From Candidatus Rokuibacteriota bacterium (GTDB taxonomy: Bacteria > Methylomirabilota > Methylomirabilia > Rokubacteriales > CSP1-6): a stretch of 64,000 nucleotides of DNA. Positions 26,191 to 35,415 of the stretch are shown one piece after another. Where the stretch lies: the NCBI GenBank assembly GCA_023249095.1, contig JAHFDK010000011.1, positions 1,165 through 65,164 of the forward strand. The letters are read 5' to 3'. Every line of letters starts with the position of its first letter. Position 1 is the stretch's first letter. Position numbers and translations under genes: made by a program. Under the pieces are notes generated by a model. It was not told the DNA's origin. It did not search any database and saw nothing but the letters and a program-made list of their open reading frames with translations.

Positions 26191-28092
26191 TTGCGAGTTT
26201 CTGGTCTGGGGGTCGAGGTGAGGGAGTGCCATGCGGTTCGCCGGGGCGCCTGGGCGGCTCTGGCGGTGGTGGCGCTCCTTATGATGCTGCCGACGCTTCC
26301 GGCCCTGGCCCAGGACGCGGCCCGGGAGCCCGCGTACCGGGCCTTTCCCCTGATCGGCTCACGGCTCGCCGTGTGGGCGGTCGCCCAGCTCCACCTGAAC
26401 TTCGCGGCGTTCATCCTCGGCGTACCGATCTTCGCCGTGATCATCGAGATCATCGGCTGGCGGACGGGTGACGCCCGGTACGACTGGCTCTCGCACGAGT
26501 TCGTCAAGCTCACCTTCGCGGCGTTCTCGACCACGGCGCTGCTGGGCGCCTTCCTCCTGTTCCTCTTCGTCGGCTACTATCCGAAGTTTTGGACGTATAT
26601 GACCTCGATCTTTTTCCCCACCTACTGGATCTACGCGCTCCTCTTCTTCGCGGAGACCTTCACGGTCTACGTCTGGTACTACGGGTGGGACTGGCTCAGC
26701 GGCCCCCGGAAGGGGATCCACGTCGCCCTCGGCGTCCTCAGCAATCTCTTCGGTACCGCAATACTGTTGGTGGCGAACTCGTGGGTCACCTTCATGATAT
26801 CGCCCGCGGGGATCGACGAGTCGGGCGCCCTGAAGGGATCGGTGTGGGCGGCGATCAACAACTTCACATGGATGCCGATCAACATCCACCGGCTGATCGC
26901 CAACATCGTGTTCGGCGGCACGATCGCGGCGGCCTACGCGGCGTTCCGCTTCCTTGGCGCCAAGACCGACGAGGAGCGCGCCCGCTACGACTGGATGGGC
27001 TACATCGGCAACTTCGTGGCGCTGTCCGCCTTCATCGTCCTGCCGTTCGCGGGCTATTACCTCGGCCGTGAGATCTACGCGTTCAACCAGACCATGGGCA
27101 TCACAATGATGGGCGGCTTCATGTCGTGGCTCTGGATCATCCAGGCGATCCTGATCGGGGTGCTCTTCATCGGCTCGAACTACTACCTCTGGCTCGGCAT
27201 GGAGCGTATCCCCGGCTCGGAGCGGTACCGGCGCTACGTCCCGATGATGATCGGCATCCTCGCCCTCGGCTTCATGGTCTGGGCGACGCCGCGCTCCATG
27301 GTCATCACGCTCGACGAGGCGCGGGCCATGGGCGGCACGCATCATCCGGTGCTCGGCTTCCTGGGTGTCATGTCGGCGAAGAACACCGCGGTGAACATGA
27401 TGATTCTCACCACGTTCGTCTCGTTCGTCCTCTATCGGCGCGCGAACCGGATCTCGATCAAACCGTGGGTCGGGATCGGGATGGTGGTCCAGTGGGCTGC
27501 CCTCGGACTCGCCGCGGCGGTCGTCGTCTTCTACGGCGTGTACGGGTACTTCGTCGAATCGCTGGTGAGAATAGGCTTCTCCGTGTATCAGGTGCTGGCC
27601 GTTCTCGCATCGATCGTCATCGTCATGGCGATCGATATCCCGATGTTCAGGGGCGCCCGCTCCACCGGGACAATTCGCTGGGGGACGATCGCCCCGCGCT
27701 CTCAGTACGTGCTCATCCTCCTGGCGGTGACGTTCACCTGGCTGATGGGTCTGATGGGCTTCGCCCGCTCGGGAATCCGCCAGCACTGGCACGTCTACGG
27801 CGTCATGCGGGATAACTCGGTCGACGCGGTGACGCCCGCGATCGGGTACGCGGCCAACATGATCACCACGGTCACGATCGTGTTCTTCGCCCTGGTGATG
27901 TTCATGTTCTGGCTCGGTGGTCTCAGCGAGAAGGGCAAGGCCGGAGAGTCGGGCCACGCCTCCACGCCGGTCTTTGCGGGCGGGAGCGACGCGGACCCGA
28001 CGGAGTCGGGACGAGGGCGGAGCCGCGCGGGAGGAAGCGAGGCCTCGTCCGCGGGGGAGTCGAGAGGGGGGCGGAGCCCCCTTCTCCCATAG
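26191..28092 (+). CDS. Cytochrome bd-like oxidase subunit I homologue (CydA-like, atypical)
   Basis: AQLHLNFAAFILG and NIHRL His motifs, HEFVKL, many TM helices, C-terminal RSGIRQHWH in place of EYGRQPW. Start uncertain. Confidence 0.8.
   Translation: MRVSGLGVEVRECHAVRRGAWAALAVVALLMMLPTLPALAQDAAREPAYRAFPLIGSRLAVWAVAQLHLNFAAFILGVPIFAVIIEIIGWRTGDARYDWLSHEFVKLTFAAFSTTALLGAFLLFLFVGYYPKFWTYMTSIFFPTYWIYALLFFAETFTVYVWYYGWDWLSGPRKGIHVALGVLSNLFGTAILLVANSWVTFMISPAGIDESGALKGSVWAAINNFTWMPINIHRLIANIVFGGTIAAAYAAFRFLGAKTDEERARYDWMGYIGNFVALSAFIVLPFAGYYLGREIYAFNQTMGITMMGGFMSWLWIIQAILIGVLFIGSNYYLWLGMERIPGSERYRRYVPMMIGILALGFMVWATPRSMVITLDEARAMGGTHHPVLGFLGVMSAKNTAVNMMILTTFVSFVLYRRANRISIKPWVGIGMVVQWAALGLAAAVVVFYGVYGYFVESLVRIGFSVYQVLAVLASIVIVMAIDIPMFRGARSTGTIRWGTIAPRSQYVLILLAVTFTWLMGLMGFARSGIRQHWHVYGVMRDNSVDAVTPAIGYAANMITTVTIVFFALVMFMFWLGGLSEKGKAGESGHASTPVFAGGSDADPTESGRGRSRAGGSEASSAGESRGGRSPLLP
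28052..28087 (+). repeat. REP-like hairpin repeat, copy 1
   Basis: CGGGGGAGTCGAGAGGGGGGCGGAGCCCCCTTCTCC with a 10-bp stem (28062-28071/28077-28086). Matches the copy at 49952 apart from that copy's insertion. Confidence 0.7.
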
Positions 28093-28093
28093 C

Positions 28094-28891
28094 GTGCGTC
28101 CCCCCGTCGGCGTCAAGGTCGGTGCGTTCGCGCTCGCCGTGATGGGCACCTACACGTACTACGCCAACTCGATTCCCCAGATACAGTCGAAGCCGCCGGC
28201 CGAGCTGTCGCTCGAGGGCGGAAACGTCACACCGGCCCAGCTCGTGAAGGCCGGCGAGGAGATCTTCAAGACGAAGGGAACGTGCGAGATCTGCCACCGG
28301 ATCGGCCAGAAGGGCACCCGTGCGCCCGACCTCGCCGGGGTCGGGGGTCGAGCCGGCAAGGTCAAGGCCGGCCTGAGCGGCAAGCAGTACATCATCGAGT
28401 CGCTGCTCCAGCCGGGCGCCTACCTCGTCGAGGGCTACCCGAACATCATGCCCCAGGCCGACAAGCCGCCGATCGCGCTGAACCGCTCCGAGGTCTGGGC
28501 GCTCACGGCGTTCCTCGAGTCCCTCGGCGGCGCCGTCGACGTCACGCTGGACGACATTCCGAAGACGGCGGGCGCCCCCGCGGGCGGCGGGGCGGTGGCC
28601 GAGCTGAAGCTGCCGGGCGACCCGAAGGCCGGCGAGGTGATCTTCACCGGCAAGGGCGCTTGTATCGCCTGCCACAAGGCGGGGAAGATCGGTGCCTCAC
28701 CGGTCGGCCCGGATCTCTCGCAGATCGCGAAGATCCAGACGCCGGACTACGTGATGCGGAAGATCCTGGATCCGGCCGGCGCGGGCACGGTGGCGGGCTT
28801 TCCCAAGGGTGTGATGCCCCCGATGTTCGGCCAGACGCTGACGGCGAAGGAGTTCGTCGATCTCGTGGCCTTCTTGATGACGCTGAAGTGA
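28094..28891 (+). CDS. Membrane-anchored diheme cytochrome c
   Basis: N-terminal TM, CEICH and CIACH, distal Met candidates (NIMP, GVMP). GTG 28094 lies 1 nt after the previous stop. Confidence 0.88.
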   Translation: MRPPVGVKVGAFALAVMGTYTYYANSIPQIQSKPPAELSLEGGNVTPAQLVKAGEEIFKTKGTCEICHRIGQKGTRAPDLAGVGGRAGKVKAGLSGKQYIIESLLQPGAYLVEGYPNIMPQADKPPIALNRSEVWALTAFLESLGGAVDVTLDDIPKTAGAPAGGGAVAELKLPGDPKAGEVIFTGKGACIACHKAGKIGASPVGPDLSQIAKIQTPDYVMRKILDPAGAGTVAGFPKGVMPPMFGQTLTAKEFVDLVAFLMTLK

Positions 28892-28895
28892 GCCG

Positions 28896-29648
28896 ATGAG
28901 CTTCTTGCGGTCGCGCTTCGTCCAGGCCGTCCTCGTGCTGGTCATCGCCTTCGTCGTCCTCCGGTTCGGTATCCAGCCGCCGGCGCCGTGGAGCGTCCTG
29001 ACCCTCTACATGTCGATCGTGCTCCTCGCGGTGCTCGTGTTCGTGTCCTCGGACTCCGATTCGTGGCGCGAGTTCGTGCGGCCGATCCGCGCGACGCTGA
29101 TCAGTCCCGACAAGCGCCGCGCACGGCTCGGGCTTCTGATCGCCCTGCCGCTCCTTTTCGGTTACTACGCCTACACGCAGGCCGCCGCCAAGCCGCAGGC
29201 GCCGCCGGAGTTGCGCGCTGTCCACCCCGCTCCGCCGGCGTCCATGCCGTTCCGCGGCAAGGAGATCCAGATCACGGGGCTGGACAACCCGCTCCGGAAG
29301 GACCAGGCGACCTTCAAGAAGCACGTCGCGGCCGGCGCGGAGATCTACATTCGCAACTGCCTGTACTGCCACGGCGACAACCTCGACGGAAAGGGCCACT
29401 TCGCGTACGGCTTCAACCCGCCGCCCGCGAACTTCCAGGACCCCGGAACGATCGCCATGCTGCAGGAGGCGTACCTCTTCTGGCGCATCGCGAAGGGCGG
29501 GCCCGGGCTTCCGAAAGAGTCGACACCCTGGAACTCGGTCATGCCCGCCTGGGAGGATCGACTGACCGAGGGCCAGATCTGGCAGGTCATCGTGTATCTC
29601 TACGACGCGACGGGGCAGCAGCCGCGGCGATGGGAGGAATCGCATTGA
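28896..29648 (+). CDS. Membrane-bound monoheme cytochrome c
   Basis: Three N-terminal TM segments, CLYCH, SVMPAW. Confidence 0.88.
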   Translation: MSFLRSRFVQAVLVLVIAFVVLRFGIQPPAPWSVLTLYMSIVLLAVLVFVSSDSDSWREFVRPIRATLISPDKRRARLGLLIALPLLFGYYAYTQAAAKPQAPPELRAVHPAPPASMPFRGKEIQITGLDNPLRKDQATFKKHVAAGAEIYIRNCLYCHGDNLDGKGHFAYGFNPPPANFQDPGTIAMLQEAYLFWRIAKGGPGLPKESTPWNSVMPAWEDRLTEGQIWQVIVYLYDATGQQPRRWEESH

Positions 29649-31102
29649 TCCCCTCGCTCACCGTCCTCGCGGCGGCTGGACTCATCGCGCTTTCTCTCAG
29701 CGCGGCACCGTCGCCGGTCGCGGCGCAGGCGGGGGACGCGGCGGCGGGGGAGGCCGTGTACGAGAGGAAGTGCGCGGGCTGTCACGGTGACAAGGGGGAT
29801 GGCAAGGGGCCGGCCGCCGAGCTGCTCGCCCCGAAGCCCCGCGACTTCACCGCGGGCCTCTACAAGGTTCGGACGACGGCGAACAAGGTCCCGACGGACC
29901 AGGATATCTTCCGGATCATCACGGACGGCATGCCCGGAACGTCCATGCCGGCGTGGGCGGTGCTCCCGGAAAAGGACCGGTGGAACCTCGTCGCGTATAT
30001 CAAGGCGTTTGCAGCGGAGAAGTTCAAGGAGGGCCCGAAGAAGCTGGAGCTGCCGAAAGACGTCGCTTCGTCGCCGGAGTCGATCAAGCGCGGCAAAGAG
30101 ATGTTCGAGGCGATCGAGTGCCACAAGTGTCATGGCACCGAGGGACGGGCCGACGGCCCCTCGCGCGCCGAGCTGAAGGACGAGTGGAGCAACCCGATCG
30201 CGCCCGCGAACCTCGCCAAGCCGTGGACCTTCCGCGGGGGCGCGGGCCGGACCGAGATCGCCACCCGGCTCGCCAACGGCGTCCTCGGCACCCCGATGCC
30301 CGCCTTTCTTGACAGTGTCGAGAAGCCCGAGGACATCTGGCACCTGACGAACTTCATTCTTTCGCTCGGCGCCGCGTCGCCGCGCTATGCCACGCTCGTC
30401 ACGGTCACCGCGGTGTCCGACGCGATCCCCGACGACCCGAACGCCGACTACTGGACGAAGGTCGCGCCGGGCAACATCCCGCTGATGGGGCAGGTGATCG
30501 TCGACCCGCGGAACTTCAATCCGGCGATCGATCTCGTGTCGATCCGCGCCGTCTACAACGACAGGGAGATCGCCTTTCACTTGACGTGGGACGACCCGAC
30601 CCAGTCCGCCGACGATCCGGCGAAGAAGCTCTACGCCGACGCGATCTCGCTCCAATTTCCTCCGCAAATCACCTCCGGTCCCGAGCGGCCGTACTTCCTG
30701 ATGGGCGACGGCTCGGACGCCGTCTACCTCCTGCGCTGGGAGAACGGCAAGGGCGTGAGCGAGGCGACGGCGAACGGCCCGACGAAGATCGCCCCCCTCG
30801 CGGGCGCCGAGGCGACGGGCAAGGCCGTGTACACCAACGGCCAGTATCGCGTCGTGATCAAGCGCCCGCTGGGGTCCAAGGACGCGGCGAGCCCGGCATT
30901 CAGTCCCGCGGTCTTCACGCCGGTCGCGTTCCAGGCCTGGGACGGCGGCGCCGGGGAGGCCGGCACGAAGATGTCGTTGACCTCATGGTACTATTTGCGG
31001 CTGGAGGAGCCGCAGTCGAACCGACGTTTCGTCATTCCTCCGGTCGTCGCAATCCTCACACTGGCGGTGATGCTGCTCGTGGTGCGAGTTGCGAACAGGT
31101 GA
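29645..31102 (+). CDS. Diheme cytochrome c fused to an ethylbenzene-dehydrogenase gamma-like (EB_dh/DOMON) heme domain, C-terminal TM anchor
   Basis: TTG start overlaps the previous TGA. CAGCH, CHKCH, KPRDFT, then HLTWDDPT, DAISLQFP, PYFLMGDG, AFQAWDG...KMSLTSW. Confidence 0.85.
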   Translation: MIPSLTVLAAAGLIALSLSAAPSPVAAQAGDAAAGEAVYERKCAGCHGDKGDGKGPAAELLAPKPRDFTAGLYKVRTTANKVPTDQDIFRIITDGMPGTSMPAWAVLPEKDRWNLVAYIKAFAAEKFKEGPKKLELPKDVASSPESIKRGKEMFEAIECHKCHGTEGRADGPSRAELKDEWSNPIAPANLAKPWTFRGGAGRTEIATRLANGVLGTPMPAFLDSVEKPEDIWHLTNFILSLGAASPRYATLVTVTAVSDAIPDDPNADYWTKVAPGNIPLMGQVIVDPRNFNPAIDLVSIRAVYNDREIAFHLTWDDPTQSADDPAKKLYADAISLQFPPQITSGPERPYFLMGDGSDAVYLLRWENGKGVSEATANGPTKIAPLAGAEATGKAVYTNGQYRVVIKRPLGSKDAASPAFSPAVFTPVAFQAWDGGAGEAGTKMSLTSWYYLRLEEPQSNRRFVIPPVVAILTLAVMLLVVRVANR

Positions 31103-31133
31103 GCACAACTCGAATTCAGGAGGAACCAGGGCA

Positions 31134-31832
31134 ATGCGTAAGGTAATCGGAGCGCTTCTGGCGATCGCGCTCGTCGTGGGCGTCGCCGCCGTCGCCCACC
31201 GCCCGGGGCCGGCCGGGGCGCAGGGAGGCGGGACCATCGAGGCCGCGGTGACGTACGCCGGCGCGGCGGTGGTCGAGAAGCTCAAGGTGAACAAGGACAC
31301 GGAGAAGTGCGGGACCGAGGCGCTGATCGAGAAGGTCGTGGTGGGCACCAACAAGGGGCTGGCGAACGCCGTCGTCTCCGTCCCGGGCGCCAAGGGCGCG
31401 CCGAAGGCGGTGAAGGCGACCGTCGACCAGCACGGCTGCAAGTTCGTCCCCCGCGTGGTCGCGATGACGCCGGGCGAGGTCGAGCTCAAGAACTCCGACG
31501 ACATCCTGCACAACATCCATACGTACTCGACGGCGAATCCGTCCATCAACAAGGCGCAGCCGAAGTTCAAGAAGGTGATGACCGAGAAGTTCGAGAAGCC
31601 CGAGATCATCAAGCTCACCTGCGACGTGCACAGCTGGATGCTCGGGTGGGTCGCCGTCATGCCGAACCCGTTCTTCGGCGTCACCGACGCGAATGGCGTG
31701 ACCAAGATCGAGAACGTGCCGCCCGGCAAGTACAACGTCGAGGTGTGGCACGAGACGCTCGGCAAGCAGACGAAAGAGGTCGAGATCAAGGCCGGGCAGA
31801 CGGCGAAAGTCGCGATCGAGATGAAAAAGTAA
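31134..31832 (+). CDS. Secreted carboxypeptidase-regulatory-like/cupredoxin-like protein 1
   Basis: Signal peptide, LHNIH, CDVHSWM, NVPPGKYNVEVWHE. Confidence 0.75.
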   Translation: MRKVIGALLAIALVVGVAAVAHRPGPAGAQGGGTIEAAVTYAGAAVVEKLKVNKDTEKCGTEALIEKVVVGTNKGLANAVVSVPGAKGAPKAVKATVDQHGCKFVPRVVAMTPGEVELKNSDDILHNIHTYSTANPSINKAQPKFKKVMTEKFEKPEIIKLTCDVHSWMLGWVAVMPNPFFGVTDANGVTKIENVPPGKYNVEVWHETLGKQTKEVEIKAGQTAKVAIEMKK

Positions 31833-31853
31833 GAGCCAGGAGGGTCGGCGCGC

Positions 31854-32606
31854 ATGCTTGACTGGTGGCTGCCGGAAAACGTTTCGACTTACGGCCAGGA
31901 GATCGACTGGCTCTTCCACCTCATCTACTACATCACCGGCGCGACCTTCATCCTGGTCTTTGTCACGATGCTGGTATTCCTCGTGATGTACCGGGATCGC
32001 CCCGGCCGGCGGGCTCGCTACACCCATGGCAACACAACGCTCGAGATCGTCTGGACGGTGGTGCCGGCGCTGATCCTGGTCATCCTCACGATCCTCAGCG
32101 TCCCCGCGTGGTCGAAGATCAAGATGACCATGCCGGAGACGGACTTCGTCGTGCAGGTGACGGCCAAGCAGTTCAACTGGCAGGTGACCTACCCGGGCCC
32201 CGACGGCCAGTTCGGTACGGCCGACGACAAGACGCTCTTGGACGAGATGCACGTCCCGGTCAACAAGGTCGTCCGGGTCATCCTGAAATCCCAGGACGTC
32301 ATTCACAGCTTCTTCGTCCCCCAGTTCCGGATGAAGCAGGACGCGGTCCCCGGCCGTGAGATCCGGCAATGGTTCGAGGTGGTCAAGCCCGGCAGATACG
32401 AGTGGCCGTGCGCGGAGCTGTGCGGCTTCGGACACTCGGGAATGCGGGGGTGGATCTATGTCCACACCCCCGACGAGTACGGGAAGTGGGCGGCGCAAAA
32501 CCTGACGGCGGAGGCTGCGCCGGCCGCCGCCGAGCCGAAGCCGGAGGGCACGAAGGCCGAGACGACCAAGGCCGAGCCTAAGAAAGAGGGGAAAGCCAAG
32601 AAATGA
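31854..32606 (+). CDS. ctaC: Cytochrome c oxidase subunit II
   Basis: Two TM helices, DVIHSF and CAELCGFGHSGM CuA ligands. No fused cytochrome c. Confidence 0.96.
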   Translation: MLDWWLPENVSTYGQEIDWLFHLIYYITGATFILVFVTMLVFLVMYRDRPGRRARYTHGNTTLEIVWTVVPALILVILTILSVPAWSKIKMTMPETDFVVQVTAKQFNWQVTYPGPDGQFGTADDKTLLDEMHVPVNKVVRVILKSQDVIHSFFVPQFRMKQDAVPGREIRQWFEVVKPGRYEWPCAELCGFGHSGMRGWIYVHTPDEYGKWAAQNLTAEAAPAAAEPKPEGTKAETTKAEPKKEGKAKK

Positions 32607-34357
32607 GCGCCACCAGCGCGACCGCGCACGCGCACGTCGAGCACGGCGGCCACCACGAGCTCGGCTTCGTGCGGACCTACATCTTCTCCACGGACCACAA
32701 GATGATCGCCCGGCAGTTCCTGTTCCTGGGGCTCTTCATGATGATCCTCGGCGGGCTGCTCGCGCTCGTCGTCCGCTGGCAGCTCGCCTGGCCCGAGACG
32801 GCCGTGCCCGGCCTCGGCGGCATCCTCACGGAGACGGGCGGCATCCTGGAGCCCAGCACCTACAACATGGCGTTCACGATGCACGCCACGATCATGATCT
32901 TCTTCGTGATCATGCCGATCCTCGCGGGCTGCTTCGGGAATTTCTGCATCCCGCTGATGATCGGGGCGCGCGACATGGCGTTTCCGTTTCTGAACATGCT
33001 TTCATTCTGGGTGACGGGCAGCGCGGGCCTCATCATGCTCTCCGGCTTCTTCGTGGAGGGCGGCCACGCCGCCGCCGGCTGGACCTCCTACGCCCCGCTC
33101 TCGGCGGTTCCGGCGTACACGGGCGTGAACTGGGGCCAGAACATCTGGTGCATCAGCCTGTTCATCATGGGCGTCGGCTCGATGATGGGATCGATCAACT
33201 ACATCACGACGATCATCAACATGCGGGCGCCGGGCATGCAGCTCTTTCGGATGCCGCTCGTGGTGTGGTCGCTCTTCATCACGGCGATCCTGCTCCTCCT
33301 GGCCCTGCCGGTGCTCACGTCGGGCGTCGCCATGCTGCTGTTCGACCGCACGCTCGGCACGAGCTGGTTCAGGCCCTCGGGTGGCGGCGAGCCGCTCCTG
33401 TGGCAGCACCTCTTCTGGTACTTCGGCCACCCGGAGGTGTACATCCTGATCCTCCCGGCGATGGGCATCGCCTCCGAGATCCTGCCGGTCTTCTGCCGCA
33501 AGCCGATCTTCGGCTACCACGCGATGGCGTTCTCGATGATCGCGATCGCGTTCCTGTCCTGGATCGTCTACGGCCACCACATGTTCGTCAGCGGCATGAG
33601 CCCGGCCCTCGGAATGGCCTTCACGGTCACGACGATGGTCATCGCGGTGCCCTCGGCCATCAAGACGTTCAACTGGCTGGGCACCCTGTGGGGCGCCCGG
33701 ATCCAGTTCACCGTCCCGATGCTGAATGCGCTCGCGTTCGTCTCGATGTTCGTCATCGGCGGGCTCTCGGGGATCTTCATGGCCTCGACCCCGGTGGACA
33801 TCTACATCCAGGACACGTACTTCATCGTGGCGCACATCCACTACGTCGTCTTCGGCGGCTCGATCTTCGGCGCGTTCGCCGCGATCTACTACTGGTTCCC
33901 GAAGATGTTCGGCCGGATGACGAACACGGTCCTCGGCCACCTGCACTTCTGGCCGACGTTCGTGTTCTTCAACCTGACCTTCTTCCCGATGCACATCATC
34001 GGGGTCGGCGGCCAGATGCGCCGTATCTACAACCCGATGCAGTACGAGTTCCTCCAGCACCAGCAGCCCTGGAACGTGTTCATCACCGTGAGCGCGCTCG
34101 CGCTCGGCATCTCCCAGATCCCGTTCGTCGTCAACTTCTTCTGGTCGCTGTTCGCCGGCACGAGGGCGCCGCTGAACCCATGGAACGCCACCACGCTCGA
34201 GTGGACGGCGCCATCACCGCCCCCGCACCTGAACTGGGGCCCGACGCTGCCGACGGTGTATCGAGGCCCCTACGAGTACAGCTCGCCGGAGTCGAAGGAA
34301 GACTTCTTGCCGCAATCCACGCCCCCGGTGGGGGCCGCCGGAGCGCGGCGGCACTGA
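32603..34357 (+). CDS. ctaD: Cytochrome c oxidase subunit I, type A1
   Basis: TMHAT, WYFGHPEVY (A1 Glu), GHHMF, AHIHYV, D-channel ARDMAFP, K-channel SAIKTF. Confidence 0.97.
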   Translation: MSATSATAHAHVEHGGHHELGFVRTYIFSTDHKMIARQFLFLGLFMMILGGLLALVVRWQLAWPETAVPGLGGILTETGGILEPSTYNMAFTMHATIMIFFVIMPILAGCFGNFCIPLMIGARDMAFPFLNMLSFWVTGSAGLIMLSGFFVEGGHAAAGWTSYAPLSAVPAYTGVNWGQNIWCISLFIMGVGSMMGSINYITTIINMRAPGMQLFRMPLVVWSLFITAILLLLALPVLTSGVAMLLFDRTLGTSWFRPSGGGEPLLWQHLFWYFGHPEVYILILPAMGIASEILPVFCRKPIFGYHAMAFSMIAIAFLSWIVYGHHMFVSGMSPALGMAFTVTTMVIAVPSAIKTFNWLGTLWGARIQFTVPMLNALAFVSMFVIGGLSGIFMASTPVDIYIQDTYFIVAHIHYVVFGGSIFGAFAAIYYWFPKMFGRMTNTVLGHLHFWPTFVFFNLTFFPMHIIGVGGQMRRIYNPMQYEFLQHQQPWNVFITVSALALGISQIPFVVNFFWSLFAGTRAPLNPWNATTLEWTAPSPPPHLNWGPTLPTVYRGPYEYSSPESKEDFLPQSTPPVGAAGARRH

Positions 34358-34374
34358 TCGAGACGGGGAGATCG

Positions 34375-35415
34375 GTGGCGTACCGTCTGGCGCTCGCGAC
34401 CCTGGCCGCGACGGGCGTGCTCATCCTTCTCGGGGGGCTGGTCACGAACACGGGCGCGGCCCTCGCGGTGCCCGACTGGCCGAGCACGTTCGGCTACAAC
34501 ATGGTCCTCTTCCCCTGGTCGCGCATGGTGGGCGGCATCTTCTACGAGCACAGCCACCGGCTGATGGGCGCGCTCGTCGGCCTGCTGACCCTGGCGCTGA
34601 CCGCGCTACTGTGGCGCGAGGGCCGACTGCGCCGGCTCGGCCTCGTTGCGGTGGCCGTCGTCCTCGCCCAGGGCGTGCTCGGCGGGCTACGTGTCGTGCT
34701 TCTGGAGAACACGCTGGCCATCGTCCACGGCAGCCTGGCCCAGGCCTTCTTCGCCCTGCTCGCGGCGATCGCTCTGCTGACGGCTCCGCGCGGGCGCGTG
34801 GCCGGGGCCCGGGTCGAGCCAGCGTTGAAAGGCTTGACCGTGCTCGCAGCTGCGCTCGTGTATGCGCAGATCGTGTTCGGCGCGCTCCTGACTCACGCCG
34901 GACGCATCGACCTTCACCTGGCGGGTGCCGTCCTCGTGTTCGCCATCGTGCCGATTGTCACGGCGCCGCTGCGCCGGACCGGAGACGCGGTAGCGGCGCC
35001 GGTCTCGCGGCTGTTGCTCGTTCTGCTCGGCGCCCAGCTTCTCCTCGGCGTCGGCAGCTTTCTGGCGAGGTTCTCACCGTTCTGGATCCCCGGTGAGCAG
35101 CTCGCCGGGGTCGCCCTGCCAGTAGCGCATCGATTGGTCGGCAGCCTCATCCTGGCCGCCATCGTGATTCTGTCAGTCCGGGTCCATACTGTAAACGCCG
35201 AGCCGGAACGGGTTGATCAGGCGCCACGGAGCCACGCCGCATCTGTCTCGGGCCACCCGCGGTCCGACGCGGCCTCACGGACCCCGCTCCAACAAACCCA
35301 CGCCGCATCGGTCTCAGGCCACCCTCGATCCGAGCCGGCCGACGAACGGAGCCACGCCGCATCGGTCTCAGGCCACCCTCGATCCGAGCCGGCCTCACGG
35401 ACCCCGCTACAATGA
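34375..35415 (+). CDS. ctaA: Heme A synthase (CtaA/COX15 family) with a repetitive His-containing C-terminal tail
   Basis: AVPDWP, EHSHRL, VHGSLAQ, HLAG, AHRL. GTG 34375 follows GGGGAG. Confidence 0.85.
   Translation: MAYRLALATLAATGVLILLGGLVTNTGAALAVPDWPSTFGYNMVLFPWSRMVGGIFYEHSHRLMGALVGLLTLALTALLWREGRLRRLGLVAVAVVLAQGVLGGLRVVLLENTLAIVHGSLAQAFFALLAAIALLTAPRGRVAGARVEPALKGLTVLAAALVYAQIVFGALLTHAGRIDLHLAGAVLVFAIVPIVTAPLRRTGDAVAAPVSRLLLVLLGAQLLLGVGSFLARFSPFWIPGEQLAGVALPVAHRLVGSLILAAIVILSVRVHTVNAEPERVDQAPRSHAASVSGHPRSDAASRTPLQQTHAASVSGHPRSEPADERSHAASVSGHPRSEPASRTPLQ
35226..35412 (+). repeat. Three-copy in-frame direct repeat at the ctaA 3' end
   Basis: ~43-bp core CCACGCCGCATCGGTCTCAGGCCACCCTCGATCCGAGCCGGCC at 35232, 35298 and 35352 (periods 66 and 54 nt), encoding HAASVSGHPRS x3. 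Confidence 0.92.

Noticed and set aside
26221-26284. Frameshifted true start of the CydA-like gene (AGGGAG + ATG 26231 is out of frame)
   Set aside because: Plausible (one added G would give MRVRRGAWAA), but in-frame GTG 26218 and ATG 26281 also exist. This cannot be decided without reads or homologues.
28988-29644. N-terminal extensions in ORF-track calls 28988-31102, 33148-35415, 38318-39472, 9411-11111 and 59884-61563
   Set aside because: They overlap real upstream genes in another frame. True starts were reassigned to coupled start codons.
26191-31102. Evidence for nitrite oxidation (NXR) or a canonical cytochrome bd oxidase
   Set aside because: No molybdopterin alpha or Fe-S beta subunit and no cydB in the window. 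Similarity to such clusters does not establish the metabolism.
35226-35412. Mini CRISPR array
   Set aside because: Only three units, spacers of about 23 and 11 nt that are themselves partly repeated, in frame within ctaA, and no cas genes.
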